A stretch of 64,000 nt of DNA from Candidatus Cloacimonadales bacterium (GTDB lineage: Bacteria > Cloacimonadota > Cloacimonadia > Cloacimonadales > JAIOQZ01): NCBI GenBank assembly GCA_963662655.2, contig CAXXTU010000002.1:2784001-2848000 (forward strand), read 5' to 3'. This document shows, piece after piece, positions 31,476 to 40,343 of this stretch. The stretch's first letter is position 1; each line of letters opens with the position of its first letter. The notes under the pieces were generated by a model. That model was not told the origin of the DNA. It did not search any database and saw nothing but the letters and a program-made list of their open reading frames with translations. The position numbers and the translations under genes were made by a program.

Positions 31476-32369
31476 TTACTCCGAAATCGCTACACTGATG
31501 TATGAAAGAGCCAGCATGGTGAAGACGAACGCCTGCACCGTACCGACAAAAAGTCCGAAGAACAGGTTCAGCCCGACAGGGAGAACCACAAACTTGACCA
31601 GGGAAGATACCACCAGGATGATAATGGCGCCGCCCAGAATATTACCGAAAAGTCGGAAGGATATCGAAACCACTTTCGCCAGTTCGCCGATAACATCGAG
31701 GATGACCATCGGGGTCACATACCCTTTCAGGTAACCGCCGATTCCCTTGTGCTTGATCGCCGTCGCGTGGACCACGACGCCGACCATGATGCCCATACCC
31801 ATCGTCACGTTGAGCGTACGGGTCGGTTCAAGGAAGCCGGGAATCGGAATCATGCCGATCACGTTACAAATCCAAAGGAAAATGAAGATGGTAACGATGT
31901 AAGGCGTGAAACCGGCGAGCTTTGCGCCGAGGGTCTCGACCACGAATCCATCCAGCATCCCGTAGATCGATTCGAAGAGAATCTGGATCTTACTGGGGCG
32001 CTCGAAGAGGCGTTTCCGGGTGAAGAACGCGAAGAACAGAAGCGCGATATCGACAATAAGCAGCATCCGCAGGAGCTGGAATGTTCCAACCGGAGTGCCC
32101 TTGGCAAGAACGGTCATCGAGTTGTATAGCTCTTCGCTACCGTAGATGACTTTCTCTTCCCCTTGTTCTTCGATGAATTTGTCGCGCTGGAAGTCTTCGG
32201 TGATCCTGTCGGAAAGTACGAATTCGTGCGGTGTGTTTCGGAAAACGAACTTGCCGTTCTCGTCAAAACCGATTTGGATTTGTTTGTTGAGAAAACCCGA
32301 GAGGGCAAGAAGAATGATTTCAATGACTGCGAAAATGATGATTAATCGGAGAATTCCGCCTTTCTTCAT
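31476..32369 (-). CDS. atpB: Fo a subunit with N-terminal extension
   Basis: PSKIQILFE, PTRTLNVT, SISFRLFGNI (essential Arg), VQAFVFTML. Confidence 0.95.
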   Translation of the reverse strand: MKKGGILRLIIIFAVIEIILLALSGFLNKQIQIGFDENGKFVFRNTPHEFVLSDRITEDFQRDKFIEEQGEEKVIYGSEELYNSMTVLAKGTPVGTFQLLRMLLIVDIALLFFAFFTRKRLFERPSKIQILFESIYGMLDGFVVETLGAKLAGFTPYIVTIFIFLWICNVIGMIPIPGFLEPTRTLNVTMGMGIMVGVVVHATAIKHKGIGGYLKGYVTPMVILDVIGELAKVVSISFRLFGNILGGAIIILVVSSLVKFVVLPVGLNLFFGLFVGTVQAFVFTMLALSYISVAISE

Positions 32370-32370
32370 T

Positions 32371-32754
32371 CTATCCCCTGAAGTATTTATTGTTTTTCAA
32401 ACTATGCCAGCCGGCATGGATATAGATCGCAATTTGATACGAGAGCAAACCGATGCCGAATAAAAGTATATCCGGTTTTAGAAATTTTACAACCACTATG
32501 GAATATAAAATCAGAACAACATATTTCAAGTAGTAGGTTTGAAGGGCTTTCACCCCTGCTTTACCGGAAGCAACGTCAAGGACCTGTTTTGTATCTCGTA
32601 CCAGCAGTAGAAAATAGATGATGCTGGCGATAGAGCCGAGTAAAAAACCCAGCGCCTGTTTGAAAAACAATGGTAAACTCAACGCTGCAAGAACGTCTGT
32701 CAAGAAAATAATCGCAAGTATTTGTTTTACTAATTGTCGTGGTTTTTCGAGCAT
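32371..32754 (-). CDS. atpI: ATP synthase assembly protein I
   Basis: About 127-aa hydrophobic protein (GFLLGS, YYLKY) just before atpB. ATG 32754 is more plausible than the longer track ORF. Confidence 0.75.
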   Translation of the reverse strand: MLEKPRQLVKQILAIIFLTDVLAALSLPLFFKQALGFLLGSIASIIYFLLLVRDTKQVLDVASGKAGVKALQTYYLKYVVLILYSIVVVKFLKPDILLFGIGLLSYQIAIYIHAGWHSLKNNKYFRG

Positions 32755-32780
32755 TGTGCATTTCCAGTTGAAAAATGAAT

Positions 32781-33065
32781 TTATTTGTCCTGTTTCAGCT
32801 CTTCTTCGAGCTTCTCTTCTTTGGGCCCCATTGCGTTCTTGTAAAGTTTGATGGCCGCGAGCCATCCCATAATCAGCCCGAAGAGTATTCCGAAGGGCGC
32901 TACCGCGTTCTTCGCCTCGAAAATCCGGTCGATCAGCAGAAAGAGCAGGAAGCCCACCAGCATGGAAATAAAGATGGTGAAAATCAATTGCGGTATCAGC
33001 GACCATACCTTAGTGTATGCTTTATCGCTCGCACTGGATCGTAGTTTCCGTGTAACCCTGAACAT
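32781..33065 (-). CDS. AtpZ/AtpI-family small membrane protein (ATPase gene 1)
   Basis: Two TM helices with the G..LIDR.F...GILFG pattern; first atp-associated gene. Confidence 0.7.
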   Translation of the reverse strand: MFRVTRKLRSSASDKAYTKVWSLIPQLIFTIFISMLVGFLLFLLIDRIFEAKNAVAPFGILFGLIMGWLAAIKLYKNAMGPKEEKLEEELKQDK

Positions 33066-33440
33066 TTACTCAGCCTTTTTTGTATTCTGCTTCTCGGCAG
33101 AATGGCAATCGGTCATGGAGCAGTTCCCGTTTAAAACGGCTCCGGCATGAATTCGCAAAATTCTTGCGATGATGTTTCCGTTCACGCGGGCGCTCCGCTC
33201 GAGCTCGAGCTGATCCTGTACCTGGATGTCGCCGTCTACAGTGCCGGAGACCAGGCATTCCTTCGCTTTGAGCTCGGATTTGGCGACGCCGGACGTACCA
33301 ATCAGAATGAATCCGTCGGAATGGATGGAGCCTTCCACCTCGCCGTCGACGCGGATTCCGCCTTTGATATCGAGAGTACCTTTTACCACGCTCCCCTTAC
33401 CGATCATGGTCGAGAGCTCGATCTTGCGATTCTTTTCCAT
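33066..33440 (-). CDS. Bactofilin (polymer-forming cytoskeletal protein)
   Basis: TMIGKGSVVKGTL...IRVDGEVEGSI...GAVLNGNCSM beta-helix pattern. Confidence 0.92.
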   Translation of the reverse strand: MEKNRKIELSTMIGKGSVVKGTLDIKGGIRVDGEVEGSIHSDGFILIGTSGVAKSELKAKECLVSGTVDGDIQVQDQLELERSARVNGNIIARILRIHAGAVLNGNCSMTDCHSAEKQNTKKAE

Positions 33441-34146
33441 ACGATTGTCCCTTTATTTCTTTTTTTTCGATCATTGTCAACGGGTCGATATTTTCTCCCT
33501 TATACAGAATTTCATAGTGAAGATGCGGATCGGTGCTATTGCCCGTGTTTCCTACGTAGGCGATGGTCTCGCCTTTTTCCACGAATGTTCGCGATGGAAA
33601 GAACGTGCGATTCAAGTGCGCGTACATCGTAATGTAGTCGTTCAGGTGATCGATGATCAGTACGTTGCCGAAATACTGGTCTTCGTAAACCGATTTGATC
33701 ACCCCCGCGCCAGTCGCCACGACCTCCGTCCCCATCGCCGCGGCGAAATCGACCGCACGGTGATCTTTACCGAATTTGCGGGAAATAACATATTCACCAC
33801 GGATCGGATTCATGTCCGGAACCATGCGCTTCTTCATCTCCAGTTGATGAAGTTCGCTGCGCAATTCCTGCGTGGTGATCTCGGGTTTCAGCGGAGCTTC
33901 GCCTTTGTCTTTGAAATAGTCGTCGAGGAGCTTGTTCAGGCTTTCCTGTCGTGGGATTTCCGGCATGTTGGGGTGTCTTCGAGCCATTTCGTTCATACGA
34001 ACTTGAAGCGAATCGTTACGGCGCTCCAGTTGCTCGCTCTTGAACTCCGACTTACGTATTCGCCCTTTCAGGCTCGCGACTTCCGACGCCAGAAATATCA
34101 TGATCGCGATGGAAAATATCAACAGCCCGATGAGATAGCGTTTCAT
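33397..34146 (-). CDS. M23 family peptidase with TM helix and coiled coil
   Basis: HRAVD, YAHL, GNSTDPHLHYE. Confidence 0.9.
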   Translation of the reverse strand: MKRYLIGLLIFSIAIMIFLASEVASLKGRIRKSEFKSEQLERRNDSLQVRMNEMARRHPNMPEIPRQESLNKLLDDYFKDKGEAPLKPEITTQELRSELHQLEMKKRMVPDMNPIRGEYVISRKFGKDHRAVDFAAAMGTEVVATGAGVIKSVYEDQYFGNVLIIDHLNDYITMYAHLNRTFFPSRTFVEKGETIAYVGNTGNSTDPHLHYEILYKGENIDPLTMIEKKEIKGQSYGKESQDRALDHDR

Positions 34147-34156
34147 AACGGACGCG

Positions 34157-35017
34157 CTACTCGTCCTGGAACTTTCGTAGCCGTTCCAGCAGCGCGATTC
34201 TCTCCTCCTCGCTGGAGTAGTGGAAAACGACCTTTCCTTTTTTGGGATTCCCTTTGATACTTACTTTGACTTGAAAACGTTCCTTCAGTTGCTTTTGAAC
34301 CTGCCGGATCAGATCGGGGAAGAATCCCTTTTTCTCATCCGGTTCTTTCGTCTTTTTTCCTTCGACGATCAGCTTCGCTTCCCGTTCCGTTTGCCGTACC
34401 GACCAGCCCTTTGCGGACGCTTCCTGCGCGAAATCGGTTTGCCGCTCCGGTTCGAGCTGGAGAACGGCCCTTGCGTGACCGGCGGAAAGAGTGCCGTCCA
34501 GAAGCATCTTCTGCACATCCTCGTTCAGCTTAAGAAGGCGGAGCGAGTTCGATATCGTCACCCTGTCCTTTCCGATAATCTCGGATATCTGGGCATGTGT
34601 CAAGCTAAATTCATCGTGCAGAACATGATACGCTTGAGCCTCCTCGATGGGGTTGAGGTCCTCGCGCTGGATGTTCTCGATGATGGCGAATTGAAGCTGT
34701 TCCTTCTTGGTTACGCTGCGGATGATGACGGGGACTTCGTCGAACCCCGCCAGCTTTGACGCTTGCAGTCTGCGCTCCCCGGCGATCAGCTCGTAGTGGG
34801 TTTGGTCCCTCTTGGTAACGATAATCGGCTGTATCATGCCGTTCTCCTTGAGGGATTGCGCGAGGTCTTCCAGTTTGTCCTGCGCGAATGTCTTGCGCGG
34901 CTGGTAGGCGTTCGGGAATATATGCTCCACACGGACGGTGGTAATGCCGGTGCTTCGGTCCGTTGCTTCGGGACCGTCGTTGATCAATGACTCGATTCCT
35001 CTTCCTAATCTGCTCAT
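34157..35017 (-). CDS. parB: Chromosome partitioning protein ParB/Spo0J
   Basis: LGRG, QPRK, GERRLQA, ENIQREDLNPIEEA; ATGA overlap with the parA stop. Confidence 0.95.
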   Translation of the reverse strand: MSRLGRGIESLINDGPEATDRSTGITTVRVEHIFPNAYQPRKTFAQDKLEDLAQSLKENGMIQPIIVTKRDQTHYELIAGERRLQASKLAGFDEVPVIIRSVTKKEQLQFAIIENIQREDLNPIEEAQAYHVLHDEFSLTHAQISEIIGKDRVTISNSLRLLKLNEDVQKMLLDGTLSAGHARAVLQLEPERQTDFAQEASAKGWSVRQTEREAKLIVEGKKTKEPDEKKGFFPDLIRQVQKQLKERFQVKVSIKGNPKKGKVVFHYSSEEERIALLERLRKFQDE

Positions 35018-35772
35018 CTTTCTATCACTTCGGCTGCCAGCGAGAAATAATCTCCTGCGCCTTTGCATTTTATATCGTAATGGAATATGGATTGCCCGAA
35101 GCTGGGCGCCTCGCTCAGCTTGACATTCCTGTGAATGACCGTTTTGAAAACCTTGTCGCCAAAGTAACGCCGCACCTCTTTCGCTACCTGGTTGGAAAGG
35201 TTGAGACGGCGATCGTACATCGTGAGAAGCACGCCCAGGATGCGCAGATTCGGGTTCAGGTTCTTCTGAATGAGCCTGATGGTATTCAGGAGCTGGCTAA
35301 CCCCCTCGAGGGCGTAGTATTCGCACTGAATGGGGATGAGCACGTCGGTGCAGGCGGTCAGCGCGTTGACGGTCAGAAGCCCCAGAGATGGCGGGCAATC
35401 GATTACGATATATTCATAATTGTCCTGCACGGGCTCCAGCGCGCTCTTGAGGCGTTGCTCGCGCGCAAACTCTTTCACCAGTTCTATTTCCGCGCCCACG
35501 AGATCGATGTTCGTCGGGGCGATACTCAGCTTGTCAATGTACGTTGGCCGGATGATCTCGGCCATTGCCTTCTTTTGAATGAGAACGTCGTAGATATGGT
35601 TTTTCAATTCCTTGGTATCGAGCCCGATGCCGCTGGTCGCGTTCCCCTGCGGATCGAAATCGACCATGAGTGTATTCTTTTCGTGAATTCCGAGCGCAGC
35701 GGAGAGGTTGACCGCCGAGGTGGTTTTTCCCACGCCGCCTTTTTGATTAACGACCGTAATAATTTTCTTCAT
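35014..35772 (-). CDS. parA: Chromosome partitioning ATPase ParA/Soj
   Basis: NQKGGVGKTT, DPQGNAT, DCPPSLG, QCEYYALEG. Confidence 0.96.
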   Translation of the reverse strand: MKKIITVVNQKGGVGKTTSAVNLSAALGIHEKNTLMVDFDPQGNATSGIGLDTKELKNHIYDVLIQKKAMAEIIRPTYIDKLSIAPTNIDLVGAEIELVKEFAREQRLKSALEPVQDNYEYIVIDCPPSLGLLTVNALTACTDVLIPIQCEYYALEGVSQLLNTIRLIQKNLNPNLRILGVLLTMYDRRLNLSNQVAKEVRRYFGDKVFKTVIHRNVKLSEAPSFGQSIFHYDIKCKGAGDYFSLAAEVIER

Positions 35773-35827
35773 GCAGTACTCTATATTCTATAAGCAAGTT
35801 TATCGTTATTCATTGAGCATGAGAGCA

Positions 35828-36478
35828 TTAGCGCTTCCATACTCCGATTCTTCTATCGCCTAACGCAGGATGTGAAACATCCAGAAATTCGATTCCAGCA
35901 AACGGCTTCAAATCGTCAATCTCTTTCGCTTTGTAAAACAGCAATCTTCCGCCGCGTTTCACAAGTTTTTTCAGCGTGGATGCAAAGCGAGGCTCGATCT
36001 TGACCGATCGGCAAACGATGGTGTCGTACCGTCCAGAGAACCTCCGCATGTCCAGCTCTTCCAGGCGCGAACTGATTGTTCGGGCATTGGTCAGTCCGAG
36101 ATTTTCGATGATCTCTCCCACGGCGTCGCACTTCTTCTTCCGGGAGTCAAGCAGCTCCATCCGGCAGGTGGGATAGAGTATTCTCAGCGGAATGCCGGGA
36201 AGTCCGCCGCCCGTCCCGAAGTCGAGGATCCGCTCGTTGTGGAAATCGAAGAACCGGGCGGGTGTGATGGAATCGAGGTAGTGCTTCGTCCAGTAATCGT
36301 CCAGGGACGTTGCACGTGAAACAAGATTGATCCGTGCGTTTGTTTCCACAAGTAGCTCATGATAGCGATCGAAGAGCGGCAATACGCTTTTGAGATCGAA
36401 TTTCCCCATATCTGCCATAAAATCAACGAATTGCACTCTCTGATTCAATCTGTTCACCTGCCTGAAATCTTTTTTCAA
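35828..36478 (-). CDS. rsmG: 16S rRNA m7G527 methyltransferase
   Basis: INLVS, HYLDS, LDFGTGGGLPGIPL, DSRKKK. Start uncertain. Confidence 0.92.
   Translation of the reverse strand: MKKDFRQVNRLNQRVQFVDFMADMGKFDLKSVLPLFDRYHELLVETNARINLVSRATSLDDYWTKHYLDSITPARFFDFHNERILDFGTGGGLPGIPLRILYPTCRMELLDSRKKKCDAVGEIIENLGLTNARTISSRLEELDMRRFSGRYDTIVCRSVKIEPRFASTLKKLVKRGGRLLFYKAKEIDDLKPFAGIEFLDVSHPALGDRRIGVWKR
36308..36323. promoter_or_regulatory. parS-like site inside rsmG
   Basis: CGTTGCACGTGAAACA versus consensus TGTTTCACGTGAAACA (14/16), about 0.5 kb upstream of parA. Confidence 0.7.
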
Positions 36479-36564
36479 AGATTGATGATGGCGAAAAAAC
36501 GGTCAAATGAAATGTGCAAACGGTAGAAAAACGCTATAAAATTAAGGCACGTTAATATGGTGGC

Positions 36565-37779
36565 TTATATCCTCCACTGGAGTTGCATGTTCGCACCGCC
36601 AAAACCGTCGATGGAGGGCTCGTGGCTCACGCTCAGCTTCAGGAAGGCGTTGTTGACGAACTCCCAGGACCACCCGAGGAAAAGCTTTTGCTCCCATTTC
36701 GGATCAGAGCCAAAGAAGAATTTTTTTGCTTCGTGAATTCTCCTCTGACTACCCAGACAACCGCCTTCCCATGTGCCCAGTGGTGTTTTCCATACACCAA
36801 TCAACTGATAGAGCATCTCAACCCGGTACAGTATGTCGGTATTGAAGAAACCGTTTTCGGGGCAACGTTCCCGGTATTTCAAAAGGACATAACGGAATCC
36901 CGGCTTCAATCTTGTTTTTTCCGTAAGTGTAAGATCCCAATGGAATCCGCACTGATAGAGGTAGATGCTGCGGCGAACGGAATAATCCGTATCGAGACGG
37001 GTGTCGTGATCGTAGTATTCATCGAAACGCATATCGAAGCTGTATAGGCTCCCGCCTTTGGAGTTGCGCGTGATGCGAATCAGGGCATAGCGCTCGTAAT
37101 GCTCGAGTTGGGTTGTATCGAGCGAATCCCCGGCGGAAAAAGTTCTTCTGTAGCCGTTTGTCCAGTATCCTTCGCTGTAGAAGCGCACGTCTCCATTCCA
37201 CGGGTGCATGGCCCAGCGAACGCCGAAAGGTTCGCGCTTGGTTTCCCCTTTCGCCTCGTTCTTCTCGTCGTAAACGAAGTCCTCGTAAACAAGTGTTGTC
37301 CGGAAATACCTCGTGCGGGTTGAGTCCGCGATCATGAATCCGGCTACGGCATCCACGTCCTCTTTGTCGTATTCGGGATTCGCGCCCACGAATACGGAGA
37401 ACCAGGGAAAGACCCTCGCTTCCATCTCCATGGACATGATTTCCTTATCCTCGGGCCAATGCTGGAAACTCTGACGATCGTATCGTCCACGGAAGGTGAA
37501 GTAGTCGTTGAGATCATGATTCATCTGAGCCTGGACATCGGTATTGAGGCGATTGAGAGAGACGCTTCCGATGTTCATGCGGAATTGCGTGTCTGCGTAC
37601 TGGTGCAGCTCCCAGTCCGTGACCTGCTTCACATCGTACAGGTAGGTGGCAAAAGGATGCAGAAACAATCTTGGCGAGAAGATTTCCTGCTCAAACTCCC
37701 ATTCCTCCGCGCCGAGCATCGCGATCTGCAGGAAGAGAAGGCAGAAAAGAGCGCTGTATTTGAATGTGTTTGATCTCAT
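36565..37779 (-). CDS. Hypothetical exported protein, possible outer-membrane beta-barrel
   Basis: Signal peptide after ATG 37779; alternating aromatic beta-strand pattern; ends MQLQWRI. Confidence 0.6.
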   Translation of the reverse strand: MRSNTFKYSALFCLLFLQIAMLGAEEWEFEQEIFSPRLFLHPFATYLYDVKQVTDWELHQYADTQFRMNIGSVSLNRLNTDVQAQMNHDLNDYFTFRGRYDRQSFQHWPEDKEIMSMEMEARVFPWFSVFVGANPEYDKEDVDAVAGFMIADSTRTRYFRTTLVYEDFVYDEKNEAKGETKREPFGVRWAMHPWNGDVRFYSEGYWTNGYRRTFSAGDSLDTTQLEHYERYALIRITRNSKGGSLYSFDMRFDEYYDHDTRLDTDYSVRRSIYLYQCGFHWDLTLTEKTRLKPGFRYVLLKYRERCPENGFFNTDILYRVEMLYQLIGVWKTPLGTWEGGCLGSQRRIHEAKKFFFGSDPKWEQKLFLGWSWEFVNNAFLKLSVSHEPSIDGFGGANMQLQWRI

Positions 37780-37994
37780 AACGCCACCTGTCTTCAATAT
37801 TAGTAGAAATTTATGAGAGTTTGCGATGGCTGTCAATAGAATTCTGAGCGACAAAGTTCGGTTCTTAGGCTTTATGTTGTTGAGATGCAACGTGAAATAT
37901 CCTGCTGAAATCCTTTTTCCTTGACGGGAAATTCGCTCATAACATTTTTTATGGTACGAGATGAAAAATGTTTTCAAAATCTCAGGAAGGTGTC

Positions 37995-38669
37995 ATGATT
38001 TATTCAAAACTGCTTTCAAACCATAGCGTAATCGTTCATGGATTCGGCACGGTCAAGGATTCACTGGTGGATGTCCAGAACTCCATCAAGTCGCTGGACG
38101 ACGAAATCAAGCCGGCGTTGATATCGGCCGAACAGGTTCACGACGCACGCGTCGCTGTGGTTCACAACAATATGTACACGGGGAATGCGCCCATCCGTAA
38201 CACCGATGGCATGATCTCCCGCGATCCCTTCGCCGTGATGGTGGTTCGCTCGGCAGACTGCGTTCCGGTATTGATGTACGATCCCGTCAAGCATGTGTGC
38301 GGCGCGCTGCATGCCGGACGCCGCAGCATCGTGAAGGGTATCGTCGAAAACGCGGTGAACATGTTCAAGGGGCGTTTCAGCAGCCAGGCGGAAAACCTGA
38401 TCGTCGTGCTGGGACCATCGATCTGCAAGAAACATTACATGGTCGACGAAAAAACCCAGAGCATCTTTGTTACCGTAACCGGCCTGAAGCAGGATAAAGG
38501 TGTGATCGACCTCTCTGGCGCGATCAAGACGAAACTGCTTGCGCTGGGACTTTCCGAAGAGAATATTGAAGTAATCGATATTTGCACCTTCGAGAACGAT
38601 GAATTTTATTCTTACCGCAAGAAAAAAGGCGAGCAGCGCCAATACTCTTTTATCGGGCTGAAGAAATGA
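37995..38669 (+). CDS. pgeF: YfiH/PgeF family (laccase-domain) protein
   Basis: QVH, DG, ADCVPVL, HAG, GPSI, CT...FYSYR. Start could be 37968. Confidence 0.85.
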   Translation: MIYSKLLSNHSVIVHGFGTVKDSLVDVQNSIKSLDDEIKPALISAEQVHDARVAVVHNNMYTGNAPIRNTDGMISRDPFAVMVVRSADCVPVLMYDPVKHVCGALHAGRRSIVKGIVENAVNMFKGRFSSQAENLIVVLGPSICKKHYMVDEKTQSIFVTVTGLKQDKGVIDLSGAIKTKLLALGLSEENIEVIDICTFENDEFYSYRKKKGEQRQYSFIGLKK

Positions 38670-39982
38670 GCGAAATGATTTCCGATCCGCAAGGACTCAT
38701 AACCATCCAGATCAGGGAAGACGGAGCCTGGATGACCATGCTGAACGGCAGCCAGCTTGTCAGCGAGGAAACCATTATCAACATGCTCGACGAGGCGGGG
38801 ATCATCGAAGGATACGATCGCGCAAGAGTTTACATGAACGAGAAGGGCGCTGAGCGCAACTTCGGTGAGCCTTTCCCGGTTGCGCTCAACCAGATGCCTT
38901 CGGAACCACAGGTGGAATTCTCGCTCCTCTTCAATCTGGAAAACTGCATCGATCCCGAGCATTTCAATCTGAGCGAGCTGGAAGGGTTGCAAACCGCGGA
39001 CATCGGAACCCCGCTGGCGCATCTGTTTGTCACGCGCTCCGGACGCCCGGGGCAGAGCATCTTCGGCGAGCCGATTCTACCGACCATGGATGACGAGGAT
39101 ATCCTCGAATCGAAGATCGGCGAGAACGTGGAATACAACGCCGACCAGAGCCATATCCAAGCCACTGCTCCCGGATATCCGTACGTCGATGATGACGGCA
39201 GGGTATGCGTGAAGAGCGATTTCATCGTTGAGGGCGATATCGATCTGAACCAGGAGAATTTCTATCTGCACGGCAATCTGATCGTGTTCGGCAATATCCA
39301 GGACAAGATCAACATCGAACTCTCCGGCGATCTCCAGGCAAACGGGGATGTTATCGATTCCTCGATCCGTGCGAAGGGGAACATCAAAATCAACGGCGAT
39401 ATCCTCAACTGCCAGAAAATAGGCGTTGTCTCCGAGGGAAGCATCGAGTTCGACACGGCGGAAAACGCCTTCCTCATGGCGAAGGACAGGATCAAATTCA
39501 AGGAGCACGCCAATTTCTGCAAGCTGATCAGCGAAAAAGGAATCAAGGGCGATCCCGAGACGAGCTCGATCGTCGGCGGGATGGTTCACAGCGGAAGCGA
39601 CGTGGAAGTGGCCGTGCTGGGCAGTACCGGCGCGATCGGAACCGATGTGGAGATCACCATCAGCCCGTTCATCAAGGAGAGGATGCTTCAGCTCACCAAG
39701 AAGATGACGGCGCTCAAGATGGACGAGCTCGAGAACGCAGAAGAGATTCTGAGGGTGACCGGAGAGCTTGAGGATCTGGAGAACAAACTGGAAGAGGAGA
39801 TCAATCAGACCCTCCTCTCCGAAGAAACAAAACCGAAACATATCGTTGCATATAAAAAGGTGTTTCCCGGAACGTACGTTCGCATCTTGAAGAAGTCACG
39901 CACCATCACCGAGGAGTACGACAAGATATCCTTCTCGCTGGTCGATGGAGAGCTGATCATGGAGTCGTACGTTGTTGACTGA
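38666..39982 (+). CDS. FapA / DUF342 family protein
   Basis: GRPGQSIFGEPI, GENV, beta-helix repeats (GNLIVFGNI), IVGG, VFPGTYVRI. Confidence 0.75.
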   Translation: MSEMISDPQGLITIQIREDGAWMTMLNGSQLVSEETIINMLDEAGIIEGYDRARVYMNEKGAERNFGEPFPVALNQMPSEPQVEFSLLFNLENCIDPEHFNLSELEGLQTADIGTPLAHLFVTRSGRPGQSIFGEPILPTMDDEDILESKIGENVEYNADQSHIQATAPGYPYVDDDGRVCVKSDFIVEGDIDLNQENFYLHGNLIVFGNIQDKINIELSGDLQANGDVIDSSIRAKGNIKINGDILNCQKIGVVSEGSIEFDTAENAFLMAKDRIKFKEHANFCKLISEKGIKGDPETSSIVGGMVHSGSDVEVAVLGSTGAIGTDVEITISPFIKERMLQLTKKMTALKMDELENAEEILRVTGELEDLENKLEEEINQTLLSEETKPKHIVAYKKVFPGTYVRILKKSRTITEEYDKISFSLVDGELIMESYVVD

Positions 39983-40020
39983 TAAGTTTTGCTGTTTACG
40001 ATAAACGTAAGATTGGAGCG

Positions 40021-40257
40021 ATGATGATAATTGCCGTGCTTGCAATACTGATTGTGATTGGGATTCTTTCCTACAAAACCTACCGCGCCGAGAAAGAACA
40101 CAACGTGTTCTACTACTACACCGGTGTAGCCGCGTTGATATTCGTGATTGGTGGAAAGTTTTCCCAGGGAACGGCCGGGACACACATCATTCTGGCTGTG
40201 GCATTTCTTTTCGCGCACATGCTGGGCGTGTTTTTCAGGACCTGGAACGAGTGGTAA
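40021..40257 (+). CDS. Small hypothetical membrane protein
   Basis: 78-aa ORF with three hydrophobic segments; GGAG upstream. Confidence 0.55.
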   Translation: MMIIAVLAILIVIGILSYKTYRAEKEHNVFYYYTGVAALIFVIGGKFSQGTAGTHIILAVAFLFAHMLGVFFRTWNEW

Positions 40258-40343
40258 TATTCATTGCCTTCTATCCAACGACAGGTTTACCTCATTTGAA
40301 AATAAATCGCATCACAATACGATAAAATCAGAAGGAGGAATCT

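Noticed and set aside
37780..37994. oriC at the strand-switch point or in the AT-rich gaps (46927-47177, 54192-54461)
   Set aside because: No TTATCCACA-type DnaA box clusters were seen.
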